This document shows positions 58,021 to 64,000 of a DNA stretch of 64,000 bases, piece after piece; positions within the stretch are counted from its first letter, which is position 1, and every line of letters starts with the position of its first letter. The notes below the pieces were generated by a model. It searched no databases and was not told the origin of the DNA. It saw nothing but the letters and a program-made list of their open reading frames with translations. The position numbers and the translations under genes are program-made. Source of the stretch: Pseudovirgaria hyperparasitica (Eukaryota); assembly GCA_010093815.1 (NCBI GenBank), contig ML996578.1. One strand, 5' to 3'.

Positions 58021-60257
58021 TTTGAAGACGTTCTTAGGCACCGGCAAATGAAGATCTCTTTGTGTGGGCGACACATGAATCACAAGAACAGAAAAAAATG
58101 CCTTCCAAATGTGCTGCAGACTGGCAAAAGAGGATGTGAGTCTTCTTTCAAGGCAGCAGTTTTCTCGCACAGCCTCAGTCAGTACTCAGAGGGATCGCCC
58201 TATTCACCCTTCAGCTCCTTCAAGGATACACCATTTCCCGGTGTCTGATTCGTTGCCAGGATGGGCTGCATAGTCGGGTGGAAGCTGGACATCCAACCTG
58301 ATCATTGCATCGCCCTTTGATTGTGACTGCATATAAGGCAGACAGGTTAATCCCGTGACCACAAAGAAACAGACTGCTGGTTTGTTGACTTGAACAACAG
58401 ACACAGAGGGCCAGCCGCCTGTACCATCTGCTCGGTGAGTGACATCTTCGATCGCGATCCAAAAGTTAATGCATGATGGGAGGGCGATACGTGTGAGATT
58501 CTCTCTGCTACTGCGATGTCTTGCGCACTCCCTCTGCTTTTGCTCTCAAGTTGTCGCAGTCGGAGCCGAAGATCGTCTCATTCCGACGTTTCTGCCCTTT
58601 CGATCTTTAAACTTCTTCTGTAATCATTTCAGCGTGTGAATAATGTTAGAAGATCGAAAAGACCGAGACCTAAACGCCGACGCCGACCTTGTAAATCCGA
58701 ATTTGCGCGGCCCCACTCGCCCAATAAAGCCGCTCGCTGGTTGGCGCAGACGTCGGGACCGAGATCGCTAATCCAGCCAACTGATGATCCGGACCCTTCG
58801 TGCGGACGCGGGCATAACGATGATCTCCGCTATGGTCTCAGCTAAACTCCATAGTCGTCGTAATTGCGCGTGTAAGGATGTGAGGATATATATATATATG
58901 GCGTGCCGATACCATTCATTCATGTAAAAGATCTATTTACACTCCACTCCAATCTAGGACACTCCATCTGTCGACTTCACGATCAGTCAACCAACAATCA
59001 TCTTCGCAGCTCATCACATTACTCTACAAGCGCCTTTCAATACCACGAGTATGGAGTCCTCTATCCAAGTCGTCTATATCCCCAATCTTGTCGGTCGCCA
59101 AGCCGTTCGAATTGAGACAGTCCTCGAGCACACCGCTACCAGCGAGAACACACAAGCTGTCGAAGACATCATCCCGAGACTGAGCCCTTGGTTGTCAAGC
59201 TCCCAAACACGGTCGAATAGCTGTTCGTCCGCCGAGTCGGATATCGACGACTAGACTTGTCATTCTTGGTACGACCCGATTCATCGAATAAGCACCCTGG
59301 CTATTCCCCGAAGCCAAAACTTTGACGCCCATGGTCTTTCAGATTTCGAAAGCAGCCTTGTGCTTTGGCTGCCAAAAAAAGTACTTTAGTCTTTGGCCCA
59401 GCTGCGTGTATAGCGGCGGCTGAACTTGATGAACACCTCGACGTTGTCGTGGTCGACGCTGATACGAAGGATGGGAATTACTGGATTCTCAACAGTCCGA
59501 AGATACCATTTGAAGAAGACTGACGTGAAGCGGTTACAAATTTCGAGGGACCATGGTGTTTCATGAGACCAAACTAGGATCCCTTTACGTTACTGGACTA
59601 CGCGTCTACGGATCGTCAAGCTTCAAAGTTTCAAGCCTGACTTGATTCATGTCCATGACGCTACTAGTCGAACCATACTCTCGTGCAGACTACCTCTTGA
59701 CACTGGTACAAGCGTATGCCCTGTGTTCCATCTGCAGACCTTCGCGGACTTTCTGGCTTGCCGGAATGTGTATCGGTTTTCAAGGACGGATCGTTTCTAC
59801 AGACCCAGCAGTTGTGCTCGCTATAAATGTGCCATTGAACCGATGAAAACCGGTCCGGCGAAGACAATCTTGGACAGTCAGTCGAAATTATTGAGAAAGT
59901 AGGACGCATCTCGCTATTTGCAAAAGCATGGCTAGCGGAGTAGGGGGGGACTTTTATAAGCTGTAATAATAATATTTGCCTCCATCCAAACTGCACCTTT
60001 CGTGTCATGACTCTGACTTTACGAAATGCCCCTTTTTTGTCTCAAAACAGCCAGTGTGACGGCTCGCTGCTTTGAACACGTCCAGACAGGTTTAACGATA
60101 GCCGAATCTCCGCATCGTTTTTGCCCCGAGAGCCACCAGGGGTAGAGGCAAGTTTCGACTCGTACTTTCTCAAATGAAAGACGAACGCGTTTGACGACGT
60201 GTGTTTGGGCTAGAGCTGCCGTATGAGTTTGTAGGTGAGTACCTATTGTCGAGTCTC

Positions 60258-61102
60258 TCACCCGGCTGCCTTCTGCAGCAGCTTTCGTCCGTGGGCACGT
60301 ATCACTACGTCAAGTAATTCCCTGACACGCTTACATCCGTCTACACCGACCGCGAGCATCTCTTCTAGCCTTTCCATCCTCAGCCGAGTCTCCATTTGGC
60401 ACACACTGAGTTTATCTTCATCTCCTGCCTCTCCGGACACCGTTGCTATTGTCATGAATGGAAGCTCCTGTTCTTCCAAAGAGTTGAGATCAAGTATTGG
60501 GTCAGAAATGTCGTTTTCACTCTGTGAATTACCAGAGCTCGAAGTCGTATGTCCTACGGTACAAGCACAAAGGTATGACTTCATGGGTATGCCGGCATCT
60601 ATAAGGGCAAGTGTGCTGGCATTGAGCAGCGCTGCGAGTATCGAGCCATCTTGCGACAATACATGGAGTGTCATGTTAATTGAGGAGCGAGGATACAGCG
60701 TAGTCAAAATATTTGCCGTTAGAGAGTCCACGATGATCTGTTGAAGTTCGCTGATGTGCCTAAGTGCGATGTTAGCACTAAAAAATACCGAGAGGTATTC
60801 AGGGCAAGTCCATACTTATCCCCGCGACCTCGTCTTTTCCTCTCTAGCCCGCTGAACCCGGCGAATGCGATATCTACCTGAAGCAGTGCTGAATTTGCGG
60901 AACTACCAGCCATTCCCATTTTCGAAGCTTCGAATGGACCTTGAACTGTGCATATGACCTTGGTGTTGCCCATTTCTAGATAGCTTGATCCATCAGCCGC
61001 TGCCTGCGTAGAGACCTGGGCATGAAGACGACGTAGGTCATTCCAGCGTCGGCCATCGAGGCGCAATAATGCTAGCGAGTATGATGATGTGTCGAGAGGC
61101 AT
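60258..61102 (-). CDS. RRP41: Exosome core subunit Rrp41/Ski6 (RNase PH-like), 2 exons
   Basis: MPLDTSSYSLALLRLDGRRWNDLRR..ADGSSYLEMGNTKVICTVQGP, intron 60815-60760, then YPRSSI..VLSQDGSILAALLNASTLALIDAGIPM..PILDLNSLEEQ. Confidence 0.96.
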
Positions 61103-61337
61103 TACCGCAACGATTCGACCAGGAATTGCTCTGCCTGCGGTGAGATCGCGATTGATCTTTGACTTTTTCACTGTAACTAGCTGCAGGTGGATTCACCATC
61201 GGCCCGACCTTGCCGATGATTGGATCGCCAGGTCACGTGCTCACGCGACAAATGCGCATAGATGCGTCATCTACAGACTAGGCTTCTTCCAATGCGAAAC
61301 TGTCACGAATGCGCGACTTGATACATCTTCCTGGGCT
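61103..61337. promoter_or_regulatory. Compact bidirectional promoter shared by RRP41 and RAD2
   Basis: 235 bp between divergent ATGs. Contains CACGTG at 61234-61239 next to TCACGCGA at 61241-61248. Confidence 0.65.
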
Positions 61338-64000
61338 ATGGGTGTCACCGGCTTATGGGAAGTGGTCAAGGAATGCGGTCGTCCGATCAAAATCGAAACG
61401 TTAAATAGGAAGCGTCTGGCGGTTGATGCCTCCATCTGGATCTACCAGTTTCTCAAAGCCGTTCGCGATAAAGAAGGCAATGCGCTACGTAACAGTCATG
61501 TGGTCGGGTTCTTCCGTCGTATATGCAAACTACTTTTTATCGGAATAAAGCCGGTCTTCGTATTCGATGGCGGCGCTCCTATCCTGAAGAGACAAACAAT
61601 CAGTTCTAGAAGGTCACGAAGAGAAGGACGGCGTGACGATGCAGTACGAACAGCTGGAAAACTCCTAGCTGTGCAGATGCAGAAAAGAGCCGAAGAGGAG
61701 GAACAAAAGCGCAAAGATGTCTTGGAAGGTTCTCGACACAATGAGGAAGAGGAGGAGCTTCCGGACAATTTGGTGTACGTGGACCAGATTGGGATGACAG
61801 CACAAGAGCGACAGCAAAGCAAAAAGTTTCGCAAAACGGATGCTTATCATTTACCCGACTTAGACGCCTCGATGGCTTCTATGGGTGCGCCAAACGATCC
61901 ACGCATAATGTCTCTCGAAGAATTGGAACAATACGCGCGGCAATTCGAGCAGGGCGAAGATATCAGCGTGTACGACTTCTCCAAGATAGATTACGATAGT
62001 GCATTCTTTACAAGCTTGCCTGAGGCAGATCGCTACAACATCTTGAATGCCGCGCGTTTGAGAAGTCGACTTCGTATGGGATATTCGAGAGAGCAACTCG
62101 ATGTCATGTTTCCGGACAGGATGGCATTCTCGAAATTTCAGATTGATCGTGTCAAGGAGCGTAATGAACTTACGCAGCGTCTCATGAACATTAATGGCAT
62201 GAACGAACAAGGTATGCTTGGCGTCAATGGAACTAGCAGAGTTGCCGGTGAACGAGGTCGCGAGTATGTCTTGATCAAGAATGATGGCGTCGAAGGTGGC
62301 TGGGCTTTAGGCGTCGTTAGTAGCAAGGATGATGGTCAGCGCAACAAGCCGATCGATATCGATGAGCTGGATAAGAAGGAAGCAGAGGAAGAAGAAGAGG
62401 ACTGGGAAGACGATGAGGACTTCGAAGACGTTCCAATCGAGGGTCTCAATCGACTTCCGAAACAACGACCTTCTGATATTACTCTCTCGCACCAAGCCCC
62501 TTCAAGAGCAGATGGACTTGCAAAGAGGAGAGCAGCACTCTATAGTTCACGTCGGCAGAGTAATTCGAGACGAGTGTCTCGCATGAATAGATCTCATCCG
62601 GCAGACCCTGAGTCGCTATTTATTGCCGAAGATGCAGGTGAAGAAGACTTGGAAGTTATGAAAGCCGATCACAGCGATGACGCAGCAGAAGAGTATGACA
62701 CACATGCATACAATGAAGATGAAGAATTGGAGCGTGCTATAGCTATGTCTATGCAGCAAGGAGATGATATACCTGGTCCACTAGCTAACAACATGGACAT
62801 GGATGTTGATAATGATTACGAAGAAGTATTCCGCCAATCTCGCGTCGATGAAGCAAAACCCTTTACGAGAGGGAGTGGAATGTCCATTGCTCATATGGCA
62901 AACGCTCGCAGCAACAAGGCCGCGGTAGCGCCTGATGTTGTGAGTGAGGACGAAGATCATATCGACTTTCAAGCTGCGCTTGCCGAGTCAAGGCGATCGA
63001 AACGAACATCGAGCCCTACCAGGCAGAAAGGCGAGAGTCATCAGGCTGCAAAGAGTCCGGTACCTCGCAAGACGGTGAATTTTCCAGGATTCGACGGACC
63101 ACTGCCCTTCGAAAAGTTGAATCTTGGAAGCTCTTTACTAGGCAAGAAGAAGATGCAAGACCTTGAAGAGGACCGTGCTGGCGGCTTCGAAAAGAAAGAT
63201 GCGGGTCCAAAGACTAAAAAAGGGGAACCATTACCACCATGGTTTGCCGGCAAGCTCGATGATGATCTAGCTGCGTCCAAAGCTCGGGAGGACGAAGAAA
63301 GAGATAAAGAATCTAAAGAACTGAGTTCCAACTTTCAATTTCAAGAGATACCCACTCTACGTAAAGAACACCCTGGTGATGTCATTGATCTCGAGGCGCC
63401 GGAGGCATCTGCCAGACAAGCGATATTCATCGACTCTTCAGATGATGATGAGCCTGAGGGTCCAAGTATGAAGGAATCTGTCACGGAAGAATCGGAAATC
63501 AAAATGGGAGATTTGGCTGACAAGGTCCGAGTCGAGCCGCCGACAATGTTGACTGCAGACGTTCGACCAGATCCTGCCTCAACGACGACTCTCAATCTTT
63601 TGGTCGAGGAAGCTGAAGAAGAACCGCTAGACTGGGAGGCAAGTGATAACGAGATATCGACGTCAAAGGGTCACATTACTCCTGCAGATGACCCCGGGGA
63701 AGTCACAACAATTCCTTATACACGGTCTCCAATCATCTCATTTGAAGATCGGATACCAGATGACGTGGAAGCTGTAAATAATCAAGTGCAGCTTGAGGAC
63801 GCCAAGTCACTGAGCCCCGATTTCGAAGACGTTCCGATGAAAGGAAGTGGCAACTTTCCTCTTACCAATGTGGCGCCTATACTTGTTGAGGGAGATGTAG
63901 CAGCCGAAAGCGGGTCTATGCCTGCAGCTGAGAACACCAATCACCAACTATTTGAGGAGATTGATGAGGAAGAAGAAGACGGAGCCCTGTACTCTGATCC
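61338..64000 (+). CDS. RAD2: XPG/Rad2 nucleotide-excision-repair endonuclease (N-domain and acidic spacer); 3'-truncated by the window
   Basis: MGVTGLWEVV..LAVDASIWIYQFLKAVRDKEGNALRNSHVVGFFRRICKLLFIGIKPVFVFDGGAP is the XPG-N domain. Spot checks keep the same frame to the window end (..GALYSD). It is missing from the ORF track because there is no stop in the window. Confidence 0.97.
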   Translation, partial: MGVTGLWEVVKECGRPIKIETLNRKRLAVDASIWIYQFLKAVRDKEGNALRNSHVVGFFRRICKLLFIGIKPVFVFDGGAPILKRQTISSRRSRREGRRDDAVRTAGKLLAVQMQKRAEEEEQKRKDVLEGSRHNEEEEELPDNLVYVDQIGMTAQERQQSKKFRKTDAYHLPDLDASMASMGAPNDPRIMSLEELEQYARQFEQGEDISVYDFSKIDYDSAFFTSLPEADRYNILNAARLRSRLRMGYSREQLDVMFPDRMAFSKFQIDRVKERNELTQRLMNINGMNEQGMLGVNGTSRVAGERGREYVLIKNDGVEGGWALGVVSSKDDGQRNKPIDIDELDKKEAEEEEEDWEDDEDFEDVPIEGLNRLPKQRPSDITLSHQAPSRADGLAKRRAALYSSRRQSNSRRVSRMNRSHPADPESLFIAEDAGEEDLEVMKADHSDDAAEEYDTHAYNEDEELERAIAMSMQQGDDIPGPLANNMDMDVDNDYEEVFRQSRVDEAKPFTRGSGMSIAHMANARSNKAAVAPDVVSEDEDHIDFQAALAESRRSKRTSSPTRQKGESHQAAKSPVPRKTVNFPGFDGPLPFEKLNLGSSLLGKKKMQDLEEDRAGGFEKKDAGPKTKKGEPLPPWFAGKLDDDLAASKAREDEERDKESKELSSNFQFQEIPTLRKEHPGDVIDLEAPEASARQAIFIDSSDDDEPEGPSMKESVTEESEIKMGDLADKVRVEPPTMLTADVRPDPASTTTLNLLVEEAEEEPLDWEASDNEISTSKGHITPADDPGEVTTIPYTRSPIISFEDRIPDDVEAVNNQVQLEDAKSLSPDFEDVPMKGSGNFPLTNVAPILVEGDVAAESGSMPAAENTNHQLFEEIDEEEEDGALYSD

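Noticed and set aside
58204..58476. Short Cys-rich minus-strand ORFs as extra exons of the 55040..58020 gene
   Set aside because: All frames stop before 58020 and I found no convincing splice pair. At most they are uORFs.

Overview
Eukaryotic genomic DNA from a filamentous ascomycete (Pezizomycotina; Dothideomycete-like is only a guess). It is gene-dense, with short (~48-120 nt) GT-AG introns and CTRAY branch sites. About 25 protein-coding genes can be modelled by hand, many needing splicing that the ORF track misses. Recognisable genes: the 3' end of a SEA2/RTC1-like gene, RPS21, a NUDT19-like Nudix hydrolase, an Osh6/7-type oxysterol-binding protein, NDUFAF3, a DHA1-type MFS transporter, a probably inactive membrane-anchored aspartic protease, a double GFA/CENP-V protein, an NmrA-like protein, a CCCH zinc-finger protein, eIF2D/TMA64, a metal-dependent cyclase-family hydrolase, RRP41, and the 5' part of RAD2/XPG (absent from the ORF track because it runs off the window). 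The rest are conserved or orphan hypothetical genes. The 28-38 kb stretch looks more accessory, with AT/TpA-rich spacers and orphan ORFs. I found no tRNA, rRNA, CRISPR array, intact transposon or convincing multi-gene novel system. The best leads are: a C-terminal FFAT-like motif on the Osh6/7-type protein; a ~275-bp degenerate palindrome at 28.55-28.83 kb; a putative 3'-UTR intron in RPS21; a pseudo-protease with a repeated acidic tail motif; and clustered Yap1-like and MCB-like promoter motifs. All family calls are from recalled motifs, not from database searches.
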